Shown piece after piece: positions 46,025-46,510 of a stretch of DNA of 46,510 nt (position 1 is its first letter; each line of letters starts with the position of its first letter). Made by a program: the position numbers and the translations under genes. The notes under the pieces were generated by a model. The model saw only the letters and a list, made by a program, of their open reading frames with translations. It was not told the origin of the DNA and made no database searches. This DNA is from Octopus bimaculoides (Eukaryota), in NCBI RefSeq assembly GCF_001194135.2, contig NC_068992.1, forward strand, positions 57,965,385 through 58,011,894. The letters are read 5' to 3'.

Positions 46025-46395
46025 TGTGTCTGGTCTCACTCCATGCCACTGCTTGACAACTGGTTTTGGTGTGTTTATGTCCCTGTAACTTAGCGGTTCA
46101 ACAAAAGGGTCTGATAGAATAAGTACCAGGCTTATAAAGAAAATGAGTACCGGGGTCGATTAGTACAACCAAAGTTTCTCAAGTTGCTGTCCCAGCATGG
46201 CCACAATCTAATGACTGCAGCAAGTAAAAAGTAAAAAACAGTGTGTGGTAAGTAGCTTGTTTCCCAACCACATGGTTCCGGGTTCAGTCCCACTGTGTGA
46301 CTCCTTGGGCAAGTGTCTTCTACTATAGCCTCATCCCAACCAATGCCTTGTGAGTGGATTTGGTAGATGGAAACTGAAAGAAGCTTGTCATTATA
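46025..46395 (+). mobile_element. SINE family A 3' half (46025-46230) followed by a 5' half of the next copy (46240-46395)
   Basis: Family motifs. Confidence 0.85.
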
Positions 46396-46437
<42 letters not shown>

Positions 46438-46510
46438 CACATACTTATTTTTGTGTGTATGTGTACTGCGTCTATTTGTAAGATGTTCTAAGATACATCA
46501 TACATATATA

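Overview
AT-rich, gappy, repeat-dominated animal genomic DNA. The SINE/LINE families, extreme microsatellite load and N-gaps flanked by microsatellites look like a short-read Octopus assembly (inference). The only host gene I can identify is DCTN3 (dynactin subunit 3): its last two coding exons are at 128-187 and 1550-1639 on the + strand. The rest is intronic or intergenic. It contains three very abundant SINE-like families (my labels A, B, C), a few other tRNA-headed SINEs, and decayed fragments of RTE and R4/Dong LINEs, a mariner transposase and a Helitron/PIF1 helicase. It also has TTAA-CCCTTT-ended MITE-like pieces, many compound microsatellites and a 49/49/50-bp higher-order minisatellite. 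Nearly all ORFs in the supplied track are microsatellite, N-gap or TE artefacts. The best discovery lead is a ~190-bp insertion present twice (14.8 kb and 37.2 kb). Each copy lies antisense next to the internal AT-rich microsatellite of a family-A SINE, and one has a 14-bp flanking direct repeat. It carries a minimal type-I hammerhead-like fold with a non-canonical core (CUGUUGA+A) shared by both copies. Several unidentified exon candidates are reported as hypotheses only. Family names and protein similarities come from recalled consensus motifs, not database searches, and repeat boundaries are approximate.
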